DNA of 33,977 bases from a virus (Duplodnaviria > Heunggongvirae > Uroviricota > Caudoviricetes): IMG/VR virus record IMGVR_UViG_2563366805_000007, one strand, 5' to 3'. This document shows, in pieces, positions 8,800 through 17,552 of this stretch. Below the pieces are notes generated by a model that did not search any database, was not told the DNA's origin, and saw nothing but the letters and a program-made list of their open reading frames with translations. A program made the position numbers and the translations under genes. Position 1 is the first letter of the stretch. Each line of letters starts with the position of its first letter.

Positions 8800-10718
8800 C
8801 AGCCTTGCTCCACGCTGGACACGCCAGCAGATGCACTAAGTTTGATATCCGGCTGGTTCATGGTGACGCTTTTAACACGGCCACCGCCACCCTCAAGGAT
8901 CACGCGGATTTCACCCTGCATTTTCTGTAGGGTTGTGGGTAATGCAGGTGGCTGAACAGGCTTATCAAACGCGTTTTTGTTTTCAATTGCGGCGTTGGTG
9001 CCACGCAGAAAATCAACGATGACACCAAACAAAGAATGATCACTCGTTTCAGGGCGCGGTCTGTCTGCCGGGGGATTTTCAGCCGCAGGAATGAACGGCG
9101 TCGCCGGGGTCAGTGATGCCCACGGGCGCGGGTCAATAACCGGTTTCTCATTTGCTTTGCGTTTGGCACGATCCTTTGCCCACTGAACCATGCCAGCTTT
9201 GTCATCACTGCTCAGTGATGGTTCTTCATAAAGGTATGGAATAGTTGACGCCAGCATGGTCAGGCCGACCATTTCCTGTGGGCTGCCAGGACGTCTGGGA
9301 CTATTAGGTTTACGGGGATTTTTTCCATCAGGTCCATCGGGGATTAAATCACCCGGCCCCCCCATCCCACCTTTGCCCATGTTCACGACATAAACGGGCA
9401 TAACACCGGAGCCAAAAACATCGGAGACGCCTTTAGGGATGCCTTTTCCGCCTTTTTCTGGCTGGAGAAACTCCCATGCACCTTTACCAATTTTAAATGC
9501 TTTACGTGCCGCAATGACTCCAGCGGTCGCAATGGCTATTTTCTTGCCGACTTCCAGCCAGTTCTGAACCGTCTTTTGATCAACTGAATTGATAGCATCA
9601 GCCAGGTCCTGTACCGGGCCGGCAAGATTGCTGTTAGAAAACTTCTTCCAGGTAACATTCAGGCTGGTCAGTGCCGAAGTAAAATCTTTCGCCGCATATT
9701 CAGCATCTTTCATGATGCCTGTGCCGTCCCCGACAACTGACTGGTATCGCTTGAGGTTTTCTGCTCCTTTACCAGAGGTGGCACTGCTGATAAGTAAAAT
9801 ACTGTCCTGGTTAAAACCGGCTTCCAGGAGTCTTTTATTCTGTTTCTCAGAACCTTTACTCCCTGATTTTTTAGCGATTTCCTCCAGGAGTGTTGGAAGT
9901 GATCGCATCTTCCCATCTTTGTCATAAACGTTGACACCATTCTTTCGAAGGGTGCTAACAACCTTTGGCAACTGCAGATCACGAATAAGGTTTTCAGTCG
10001 CCGTGGCTGCTGTATCACGGTTGCCTGTGGCATCAATGGCTGATTCCAGTACAACGCCTACGTCTTTGACTCCCTTAACGCCACTCCCGCCAGCAGCGGA
10101 GTACATAGAGAAGGCTCTGACGCCTTTTTCTGCAATGTCTTTCAGCTCAAATGCGCCTTCTTTTCCCAGAAGGTTTAACGTGTCCATAGCTGCAAGCGTC
10201 TGCTTTTCAGTCTGAAGACCAAATTTGGGGAACTGAGAAAACAGTCCGCCAATCGAATCCCCCTGAGAGCCTGATGCAGCGATAGAGGCGGCTATCATGC
10301 CCTTATTCTGAATACCGAAATCCAGATCACCGGTCGTTTTGTTGACATTCTCCAGTGCGGCCAACACCTCCGAGTCATCCACCCGGAATTTGATGGCGGT
10401 ATCCTGAATACCATCAAAGATATTGCGCATCTCATCACGAGTTTTACCGGCGGCAATACCCAGCCCGGTTAATTGTCGATCTGTTTTAGCAAATTCTCTC
10501 AGCGCTGCGCCGCTGGCAAGGCCGGCAATCATCGTTGTATAGCGATTACTGAGCATGTCCAGACCACGTCCGGCAGATTCAGACGCGGCCTTAACAACAG
10601 ACATTGCTTTCTGGTTACGGCTGGCAAACTCGCTCATGTTAGCGCCGTACTGGCGGGCTTTAGCCGTCAGGTTCCCGGCAAGGTTAATCAGAATTTCAGT
10701 GCTTAGGCGGTTTGTCAT
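8799..10718 (-). CDS. Tail tape-measure protein
   Basis: 639-aa ORF, Ala/Gly-rich and largely low-complexity, located after the tail-chaperone pair as in all contractile and siphovirus tail modules. Confidence 0.8.
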   Translation of the reverse strand: MTNRLSTEILINLAGNLTAKARQYGANMSEFASRNQKAMSVVKAASESAGRGLDMLSNRYTTMIAGLASGAALREFAKTDRQLTGLGIAAGKTRDEMRNIFDGIQDTAIKFRVDDSEVLAALENVNKTTGDLDFGIQNKGMIAASIAASGSQGDSIGGLFSQFPKFGLQTEKQTLAAMDTLNLLGKEGAFELKDIAEKGVRAFSMYSAAGGSGVKGVKDVGVVLESAIDATGNRDTAATATENLIRDLQLPKVVSTLRKNGVNVYDKDGKMRSLPTLLEEIAKKSGSKGSEKQNKRLLEAGFNQDSILLISSATSGKGAENLKRYQSVVGDGTGIMKDAEYAAKDFTSALTSLNVTWKKFSNSNLAGPVQDLADAINSVDQKTVQNWLEVGKKIAIATAGVIAARKAFKIGKGAWEFLQPEKGGKGIPKGVSDVFGSGVMPVYVVNMGKGGMGGPGDLIPDGPDGKNPRKPNSPRRPGSPQEMVGLTMLASTIPYLYEEPSLSSDDKAGMVQWAKDRAKRKANEKPVIDPRPWASLTPATPFIPAAENPPADRPRPETSDHSLFGVIVDFLRGTNAAIENKNAFDKPVQPPALPTTLQKMQGEIRVILEGGGGRVKSVTMNQPDIKLSASAGVSSVEQG

Positions 10719-10881
10719 ATTGCTTCCTCAGTTGCCTGACCTGAATAAGCAACTGCCGTAGGGGCAGTTGCTCAAGCCGGTTAACATCGAAACGCTGAGA
10801 GAGGTTAATCAGCAGTAGATTGAGCGCCGCTGCCATCGGCATCATGTCGCCCCCGTTCGGCAGTCTCCCCCAGCATGTCAT
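10696..10881 (-). CDS. Putative frameshift-extension ORF of the tail assembly chaperone
   Basis: In the +1 frame relative to 10805-11200 and overlapping its 3' end. The frame is open from just upstream of a CGGGGGCGA tract (minus-strand sense, about 10847-10856) to a stop overlapping the tape-measure start. Confidence 0.45.
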   Translation of the reverse strand: MTCWGRLPNGGDMMPMAAALNLLLINLSQRFDVNRLEQLPLRQLLIQVRQLRKQYDKPPKH

Positions 10882-11200
10882 CCATCGCCTGACCCTTTTC
10901 TGTCAGCAACTTCAAATCTTCCGGATGCAGGGCATAAATTTGATTCATGTCCAGCGGGCCGGGGATTTCTCCAATCTTCTTAATCTGCCGGCGCATCATC
11001 TCCAGACCCATCATGACCTCAGAGCAGTAGGCAACCGCCTTGCCGTTATCCCCAATCACAACGCGCTCGGAGGCCAGTTGTGATTCGATAACATCCCGTG
11101 ATGTCAGCTCGCGTAGCGTCACATCCTTGTGAAGCATTTCGTCGGTAGTACCTTTGCCGGTGCGCAGACCGTGTACCAGAGGGAATGTCAGTTCAGCCAT
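10805..11200 (-). CDS. Tail assembly chaperone (Mu gp41 / P2 E-like)
   Basis: Small acidic protein between the tube and tape-measure genes, with an overlapping out-of-frame downstream ORF, the hallmark chaperone arrangement. Confidence 0.65.
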   Translation of the reverse strand: MAELTFPLVHGLRTGKGTTDEMLHKDVTLRELTSRDVIESQLASERVVIGDNGKAVAYCSEVMMGLEMMRRQIKKIGEIPGPLDMNQIYALHPEDLKLLTEKGQAMDDMLGETAERGRHDADGSGAQSTAD

Positions 11201-11203
11201 GTC

Positions 11204-11560
11204 TTACACCTTCACACACTTGACGCCGATGAAGTTAGCCGAAACTGTCCCCGCGTCTTCGTCCAGTTCAGCCGGGTTATCGGTGGCCGCGCCGGTCATC
11301 ATGTAGTTGAGGCCGTTGTCACCGTAGAACATGACGGTCACGTCCTCCCAGTTACTGATTTCAATCACATCAACGTCACGATCCGCTGCAATGGTCAGTT
11401 TGATGGAGGGGGCAGCCATCTTGCGGGAATTCCCCCAGACCTTACCGCCGCCCATGTGTTGCTGGCGGGCATAGCCACCCGGATTCAGGGTGGACTTGCC
11501 TTCAGTTTTGATTTCACGGCCATTAATACGAATCGCCGCCATACCCAGAATATTTGCCAT
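11204..11560 (-). CDS. Tail tube protein (Mu M-like)
   Basis: 118-aa protein immediately downstream of the sheath gene. Confidence 0.75.
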   Translation of the reverse strand: MANILGMAAIRINGREIKTEGKSTLNPGGYARQQHMGGGKVWGNSRKMAAPSIKLTIAADRDVDVIEISNWEDVTVMFYGDNGLNYMMTGAATDNPAELDEDAGTVSANFIGVKCVKV

Positions 11561-11569
11561 GCTGGTTCC

Positions 11570-13051
11570 TTAAAGTTTGAACTGGATGAGACCGGCCAGA
11601 ACGCGCAACTGATTCACCAGATTCGGGTGGCAGATAAAGTTCAGACGGTTTGGGTCTTTGCTGTCGATGGTGACATCAAGCGTGTCTTTATAATCTTCGA
11701 AATCCTCCACCAGACCTGCCGGGATAAGCTCAGTCAGCGCAATATCCAGTAACTCAGCCCGACAGATTTTTGGCGTCATGACTGGCTGACCGGCATCGAG
11801 CAAATCAAGCACGTCATCACCCGCCAGCTTGTGGCGTGGGTAGCGACTGGTGAAACGGTTTTTGATGACATAACGGATACGGCCAAGCGTTGCTGGCGAC
11901 TGCACATCGAGGTATGAAATGTCCGTATCGCCATAGCGGTTTACGCGGTACATGGTGATTTCGCGCTCAATACAGACGTTATCTCCGGCATCAACAAAGT
12001 GCGTGGCGATACCGTCATGCAACAGCAGGTTACGCTCTGGCATATCCCAGCGGATACCGCGAGCGGGGGGCTTGATGCCTGTCAGGATCAGAGTCTGGAG
12101 AGGACGGGCCGGATCTATGGCAAGCTGGTATGCCGCCGTTGCACCGTAGCTGGCGGCCCACATCCATGACGGTTCAGGTGCGATGTTGGTGCCGATACAG
12201 GAAATCAGCCAGTCATTGCGGGTATGTCCGAATGTTCCGCTCTGGGCATGTGTTCCGCGATAAGCAGACCACAACAGCGCCTCCATCATCTTGAGCGGCC
12301 CCCAGCGTTCCAGCAGTTCGTCACGAATGGTGTTCAGGCTCTGGGCATCGAGGTACGGGAAGATGATATCCGTGTACCAGTCATCTCCCAGCGCCGCGAC
12401 AACAGACTGAATATCCGGCGTCCCCGTACCACCCGAAAATGCGGTCAGTGTTGCACTGATGCCGGCAGGTGTTTTTTCTCCGGCGTAATAGTTCAGGCGC
12501 ACATCACTGTCATTTCCCGTGACGCCTTTCCACTTCACGGTCAGCACTACCGTTGCAGCAGCTTCAGCTTTTGCTGTGGCAGTAACCTGAGTGGCAGGCT
12601 TTGCGGTAATTGCAGCGATGATATTGCCGGCAATGGTTGCCGCTTCATCACCGATGCTGACCCCGACCTGGACAGATACGCCATTGATCATCAGTGCCAG
12701 CGTACCAGCCTGAGTGGCGGTGCCGAGCATCGTGACTGTGGCACTCGCCGCGGCACCCTGGGCAATATCTTCCAGTCCCATCGCATACATCTCGGTGTAA
12801 CTGTTGGCCATACGGACCATCTTTGCCATTTCACCCAGCATGGAGCCACGGCCATAGAGTTCATCAGCCATGCTGTCGCCAGTAATACGGTTCAGCGTCA
12901 ACGGTAAAGCAGTCGCGCTGGCGAGCTGCTGACCCACAACCAGAATTTTTCGGGACTGTGCCGGCGCGGCACTCATCGCCATAGAGTTATCGATATCGAT
13001 CCAGACCAGCGGGACACGAATATCATCAGGAATATTACCGATGGACATCAT
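11570..13051 (-). CDS. Contractile tail sheath protein (Mu L-like)
   Basis: 493-aa protein followed by tube and chaperone genes; size and context of a myovirus sheath. Confidence 0.85.
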   Translation of the reverse strand: MMSIGNIPDDIRVPLVWIDIDNSMAMSAAPAQSRKILVVGQQLASATALPLTLNRITGDSMADELYGRGSMLGEMAKMVRMANSYTEMYAMGLEDIAQGAAASATVTMLGTATQAGTLALMINGVSVQVGVSIGDEAATIAGNIIAAITAKPATQVTATAKAEAAATVVLTVKWKGVTGNDSDVRLNYYAGEKTPAGISATLTAFSGGTGTPDIQSVVAALGDDWYTDIIFPYLDAQSLNTIRDELLERWGPLKMMEALLWSAYRGTHAQSGTFGHTRNDWLISCIGTNIAPEPSWMWAASYGATAAYQLAIDPARPLQTLILTGIKPPARGIRWDMPERNLLLHDGIATHFVDAGDNVCIEREITMYRVNRYGDTDISYLDVQSPATLGRIRYVIKNRFTSRYPRHKLAGDDVLDLLDAGQPVMTPKICRAELLDIALTELIPAGLVEDFEDYKDTLDVTIDSKDPNRLNFICHPNLVNQLRVLAGLIQFKL

Positions 13052-13236
13052 GCCTCCTTATCGGTTTTAGGTGTGCGGGACTTCGGTGGCTCAGTGATAT
13101 TCACATCGCCTTCTTTTTCACGGCGCAGCCAGTACGCATTGACCGGCAGCGTCTCGCCATCAGCGGCAAGGTGACTGCCATCAGCCTTACGAACGAGCAG
13201 GCCCGCCCGTGATGGCTTAATCATTTTCTTTGTCAT
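13048..13236 (-). CDS. Small conserved phage protein (Mu gp38-like)
   Basis: 62-aa ORF coupled to the sheath gene start (ATGA overlap). Confidence 0.5.
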   Translation of the reverse strand: MTKKMIKPSRAGLLVRKADGSHLAADGETLPVNAYWLRREKEGDVNITEPPKSRTPKTDKEA

Positions 13237-13840
13237 CAGTCTGTCCTTCTCTTACGTTTATGATTTGCGGCTCATCGCTTACAGGCTGTCCGTTCACCAC
13301 AATGGTTGCCCCCAGTCGCAGGAATTCCGGCAGCGTGGACAGGTCTATCTCATCATCAAGACGGAATTCCTGTTCCCATGTAACGGCCCACATGGTGATC
13401 CCGAGATTGTCCAGGCCACCCGACCAGAGGTTTTCAGCGGCGATGTTCTCAGCCATACGCTCAGCCTTCATGCCCGCAGCCGCTTCACGACAACTGATAC
13501 GACGGGCAAGGCGTCCGGCAATAACCTCACAGCGGGCATCGCGCGGGTATCCCCAGAAATCAGCCATCATGATGTAGGCCGCCCAGGTCACAAGTCCGGT
13601 CATGCCGCGACGGTTCTGGATATTCCTGACCCGTAAGGCCGCAATACGGATACTGCCGCCGCGCCCGGACATATAGCTTTTGACCTGATCCGGGGTGTTA
13701 AACTGACCGATGTGACGCTCCACCTTTTCAACCCGGTCAGGTTGCTTTTCACCCTCCAGTTCAGCTTTCAGCCAGTTAACAATATTCTCGGCGGCACTGA
13801 CCGTACTGCCCAGGGTGACGAACGCCGGACGTTCATTCAT
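13217..13840 (-). CDS. Head-tail joining / tail completion protein (Mu gp37-like)
   Basis: 207-aa ORF between the virion-morphogenesis gene and the sheath module. Confidence 0.6.
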   Translation of the reverse strand: MNERPAFVTLGSTVSAAENIVNWLKAELEGEKQPDRVEKVERHIGQFNTPDQVKSYMSGRGGSIRIAALRVRNIQNRRGMTGLVTWAAYIMMADFWGYPRDARCEVIAGRLARRISCREAAAGMKAERMAENIAAENLWSGGLDNLGITMWAVTWEQEFRLDDEIDLSTLPEFLRLGATIVVNGQPVSDEPQIINVREGQTDDKEND

Positions 13841-14382
13841 TGCAGAACCTCATTCCAGAAATCCCCGATGACGTGCAGCAGTTCCTGACTGTTCCCGGAG
13901 GACAGGCCGAGGAACTCACGCTGCGGGATGTTCAACATACGTTTATGCGCCCCCACGGTTTGCCATACCCCGTGTTTAAGCGCCCGTCCAAATGCCTGTG
14001 AGATGAGTCGCTTATGGGCTGACACAGACACCGAGCCGGAAAACCCCTCGTTGTGCGTCCGGCCATAATCAAGCGGCGTACCCACACGAACGACAGAGCC
14101 GCTGACCACATACTGGATACTGTCGAGCAGATCGCCGTTGCCCTGTAACAGGCTCTGGTTGCTGTGTCTGGTTTTCGCGTAGCTGTCAGACCAGTCCTGC
14201 CATTTCTCGCCGGCAGGACTGGATTTTTCGCTGGAGATGCGCCGGCGGGTCTGTGACTCCACCACAGCGCCAATGCTCTCCAGTAGCTCCTGTTGCAGCG
14301 ACTGGTCAGCCAGTCGCTCAATCGCACGGCGAATGTCCTGAAACTTCTGGTCTCCTCTGACCTCGACAGTAATTCCCATCAC
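13837..14382 (-). CDS. Phage virion morphogenesis protein (Mu G-family homologue)
   Basis: 181-aa ORF coupled to both neighbours; assigned by size and character to the Mu G virion-morphogenesis family. Unlike Mu it lies downstream of the capsid gene rather than between F and I. Confidence 0.65.
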   Translation of the reverse strand: MMGITVEVRGDQKFQDIRRAIERLADQSLQQELLESIGAVVESQTRRRISSEKSSPAGEKWQDWSDSYAKTRHSNQSLLQGNGDLLDSIQYVVSGSVVRVGTPLDYGRTHNEGFSGSVSVSAHKRLISQAFGRALKHGVWQTVGAHKRMLNIPQREFLGLSSGNSQELLHVIGDFWNEVLQ

Positions 14383-14819
14383 AGCACCCCTTTCAGGTTG
14401 TTACGGGTGAACAGACGACGGTTTTCACTGACGATGATCAGCTTTCCGGTGTCGGTCTCAGGGACCGGGGTGTCAGACGGCACACCGAGGTCACGGGTGC
14501 CGTTGGCGATTTCACGCAGGGTGCGGAGGGCTTCGTCGTAACGCTTCTGGATTTCATCGGTGATCTGATGGTCCCGTTCAGACAGCCAGTAGAACGCGAT
14601 GGAAACCGCCGCCCGGCGCAACGGACTCGGCAGGCTCGGAAGGTTCAGCGGCAACTGATAACGCTTTGCCAGAAAGGAATTAATTTCTGCATCAGTGTCA
14701 TCAATCGCACGCTGGATCTTTTCTTCGTCGAGCTGCTGCGTCTCTTTGTTGATTGCCATGTTCCAGACGCGGTCACCATCGGTTGCCAGCAGGTCCTCAC
14801 GCGTTACGTAGATGCCCAT
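14379..14819 (-). CDS. Head-tail connector protein (Mu gp36-like)
   Basis: 146-aa ORF in the head-completion block. Confidence 0.6.
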   Translation of the reverse strand: MGIYVTREDLLATDGDRVWNMAINKETQQLDEEKIQRAIDDTDAEINSFLAKRYQLPLNLPSLPSPLRRAAVSIAFYWLSERDHQITDEIQKRYDEALRTLREIANGTRDLGVPSDTPVPETDTGKLIIVSENRRLFTRNNLKGVL

Positions 14820-15412
14820 TATTTGCTCTCCACGTCGGCTTCAGTCCCGGCAACGGTCGCCAGTTCGGTCACAATCAGCATCTTTTCAGCCTTCAGACGC
14901 AGGGCTGTGTCGGTACTGATCACGCACCCCTGTAGCGGATTACCACCGGCATCTTCCAGAATCTGTTCATCCGGGTTATCGCTGACAAACACATGCACCG
15001 TATCGTGCGGCCAGAATCGGCCAGCCCGGCGAAAACCGTTTTCCGGAATGGCGCGGACCTCCAGCACCACGACATTTTCAGCAATGCGAACAGCCTCTGA
15101 ATGGTCATGTGCCAGCGTCTCCTGCCAGAGATGTTTTCTCAGGTCATCACCCGTGTTCTCACCCGGTATGGTGACAAGACTGACTGTGGCCGGGATAACC
15201 GTTATTCCATTGTCACCGGGTACAGGTTCCGGGTCAGATGCGACATCTGAAGCTGCAACCGCCGGTTGTGATGCCTGACTGTCATCAGTAATAACTGGTG
15301 CCACCGGTGCCGGTTTCGCCGGGACAGGCGTATCCTTCGTTGCTTTGTCGTCTTTCTTTTCCGAAGTGGTTCCGGTCTTACCAGCGGCTGACTTATTAAC
15401 TTTTCCACTCAC
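14819..15412 (-). CDS. Hypothetical head-associated protein (Mu J position), GTG start
   Basis: 197-aa ORF immediately after the major capsid gene; Lys/Pro/Ala-rich low-complexity N-terminus. Confidence 0.5.
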   Translation of the reverse strand: MSGKVNKSAAGKTGTTSEKKDDKATKDTPVPAKPAPVAPVITDDSQASQPAVAASDVASDPEPVPGDNGITVIPATVSLVTIPGENTGDDLRKHLWQETLAHDHSEAVRIAENVVVLEVRAIPENGFRRAGRFWPHDTVHVFVSDNPDEQILEDAGGNPLQGCVISTDTALRLKAEKMLIVTELATVAGTEADVESK

Positions 15413-15495
15413 TTTTTAAACCTCATTCAGGTTGGGTTTAAAGGAGGGTTAACCCCTCCTTAATCCGGCATTACGTGATTTTTTACGTAATGACG

Positions 15496-16389
15496 TCATG
15501 CTTTGACGTAAGGTGAGACCAGCAGGTCAACATCCTTGTAATAGATGTTTGAACCACCACCATCAGCCGTAACCGCTTCAATCAGCGCCTTGGCCGCACC
15601 ACGGTTGTTCTTACCGACGACCAGCAATGTCGGATTCATGCCCAGAGGTTCGCCGTTAGAGTCCGTGATACCCATCATTGCGGAGACAGCGGCTTCATAG
15701 TTCGCTTTGTTCAGTGCTGCTTTTGACCCCACACAGGTCTGCCAGAAACCAAAGCCAACGTTGCTGCGGCCATCGGTCCCGTAGGCGAATTCGTTCTGAA
15801 GGAACACACGCTCACTGGTGAGATCATCAAGGGCGATGAAGTTAAACGGACGGCGCTCCTGGTAAATGATGGGCAGCAGCGCATGCGTTGCATCAATCAG
15901 GAACCACGGCTCACCCGTATCGGTCGCCGGGTCGCCCACAACGTTCGATTTGGTGGATGTACCAACAGGGTGATCAGTATCGAAGAAATACTGACCGTCC
16001 CAGCACAGCGTATCGAAGCCTTTGCACAGCAACTCAAACGACAGCTTGTCCGGGAAAATCGTGGTATCGCGGCCAAGCTGCTCAGCAATCACGGAATACT
16101 GACCAATCTGATCGTCCTCGATTTTTTCGCGCTTGACCTTGACCGAGTTTTCCCAGGTCTTGTTGGTAATGACATACCCGGCCTGAGCCAGTTCTTTCAG
16201 CTGACGCGCCCCGATCCATTCTTTGATGGTCGGGAAGTCTTCAACCCAGCCATAAGTGTTAGACGCGCCGGAACTGGGGATGACCGTGGCGATGGATCGA
16301 TACTGCGGATTGACCCGACCAACACCTTTGGTAAAGGCGGCGCTCAGTGCGGTGGTCAGGGCATGCAACACTTCTGCGGATACCTGCAT
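15496..16389 (-). CDS. Major capsid protein (Mu T-like)
   Basis: 297-aa protein following the protease/scaffold gene I, as in Mu. Confidence 0.85.
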   Translation of the reverse strand: MQVSAEVLHALTTALSAAFTKGVGRVNPQYRSIATVIPSSGASNTYGWVEDFPTIKEWIGARQLKELAQAGYVITNKTWENSVKVKREKIEDDQIGQYSVIAEQLGRDTTIFPDKLSFELLCKGFDTLCWDGQYFFDTDHPVGTSTKSNVVGDPATDTGEPWFLIDATHALLPIIYQERRPFNFIALDDLTSERVFLQNEFAYGTDGRSNVGFGFWQTCVGSKAALNKANYEAAVSAMMGITDSNGEPLGMNPTLLVVGKNNRGAAKALIEAVTADGGGSNIYYKDVDLLVSPYVKA

Positions 16390-16392
16390 GAA

Positions 16393-17349
16393 TTATTTCT
16401 CCTGCTTACGAACGGAAAGGAATTCTTCTTCGCTGATGCCCATATGGCGGCACATCGCGAGGTCTTCGTCAGAAAGCGAGGCATGACCTTCGGTGCCTTC
16501 TTTTTTGGTCGTCGTGGTCTTGCTGACAATGACCGGTGCCGCTTTCACGAATTCAGCAAACCGCTTTCGGCCCTCTTCAGAGCGGCAGGTGGCGAGATAC
16601 ATTTCTCGGTTGGCCGGTGCGACTTTCCCCGACTCAATGGCGCTGTCCACCAGTGCTTCTGATTCTTTGATGGCAATCTCATTGAGTTTGTTTTCAGCGC
16701 TTTCCGCACGGTTAAGTGCTAACTGGTGGGTCTCTACCGGAATGAACTTCGTCAGGTCAGGATTCTCAGCGCGGTTAAGCGCCACCTGCTCGGCGGTCTT
16801 AATCTGCTGAATGGCTTTTACTGCGTCGTCTGCTGTGGCAGTGGCCGCGAGGCCAAGCACTGTCACAATCTGGACAGGTACGGTCATCGTGTTTTCCTCA
16901 GAGTTGAGTGCGGGTAAATCAAGGTTGGGTTTGTTGGTCAGCGCGGCGCTGGACAGGCGGGTGACCTGACCGTCCGCAGTGAACCGAAAGGCCGGACTGT
17001 AATAGAGGTACTTCTTGCCGCGCAGCTGCGCCATGCCGTCATCAGTCCATTCAACGTGCGCCTCCACCACGCCATCACTGACGCGATAGCCGTCAATCCA
17101 GCCATAAGCCGGGGCTTCATCGCCTTTCGGGCCTTTCAGTTCGGTAGAGTGCTCGATATCAAACGGGAGCTTTGGATAAGCCATCGAGGCACGAATGATG
17201 GCTTCCGGATTGTTGTTCACCCACGAACGGCCATCACGCCCTGTAAAGGTTCCCGCCGGTATCATCGGCAGCCATTCCGGCAATGCATCATCGGTAAGGT
17301 CAGGAAGCTGAAAGCAGAGCGCCAGCAGTTCCGTATTGTTCGGGTTCAT
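16393..17349 (-). CDS. Head protease/scaffold protein (Mu I-like)
   Basis: 318-aa protein with an acidic coiled-coil C-terminal half, directly upstream of the major capsid gene. Confidence 0.8.
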   Translation of the reverse strand: MNPNNTELLALCFQLPDLTDDALPEWLPMIPAGTFTGRDGRSWVNNNPEAIIRASMAYPKLPFDIEHSTELKGPKGDEAPAYGWIDGYRVSDGVVEAHVEWTDDGMAQLRGKKYLYYSPAFRFTADGQVTRLSSAALTNKPNLDLPALNSEENTMTVPVQIVTVLGLAATATADDAVKAIQQIKTAEQVALNRAENPDLTKFIPVETHQLALNRAESAENKLNEIAIKESEALVDSAIESGKVAPANREMYLATCRSEEGRKRFAEFVKAAPVIVSKTTTTKKEGTEGHASLSDEDLAMCRHMGISEEEFLSVRKQEK

Positions 17350-17552
17350 GGTGTTGTCCGGTCACGTTGTTTACTTCCGGACAGTGTGGGGGGGAACGGG
17401 GATGCAGGTGGATTAACCGGCTTCACTGTAAACGCGGCATGAAACCGCGTTTAAAACACGTTTAAAAACGCTGTGGCGCGTTTAACGATTTTTTCACGTG
17501 CCGTCATGATGTAATAATCGTTAATGCCGCCACGCGCGTTGTGGGATGGTTT
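17350..17552 (-). promoter_or_regulatory. Central intergenic region: candidate late promoter for the head operon and candidate strong gyrase site
   Basis: Only gap over 150 bp in the morphogenetic region. Contains three copies of TTAAACGCG-like motifs, an inverted repeat AAACGCGG/CCGCGTTT and a G7 tract. Lies within about 400 bp of the prophage midpoint (about 17075). Confidence 0.4.

Noticed and set aside
11129-16662. Long plus-strand ORFs (11129-11752, 12224-12907, 14568-15278, 15883-16662) running antisense to sheath, capsid and neighbouring genes
   Set aside because: They overlap well-supported minus-strand structural genes almost completely, lack RBSs, and their translations are low-complexity (Arg/Ser/Cys/His-rich). 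This is typical of spurious antisense ORFs in GC-rich coding DNA.
17386-17403. G7 homopolymer in the F-I intergenic region as a slipped-strand phase-variation switch
   Set aside because: Seven G is at the lower limit for slippage and the tract is not inside a reading frame or an obvious -35/-10 spacer; kept only as part of the regulatory-region description.
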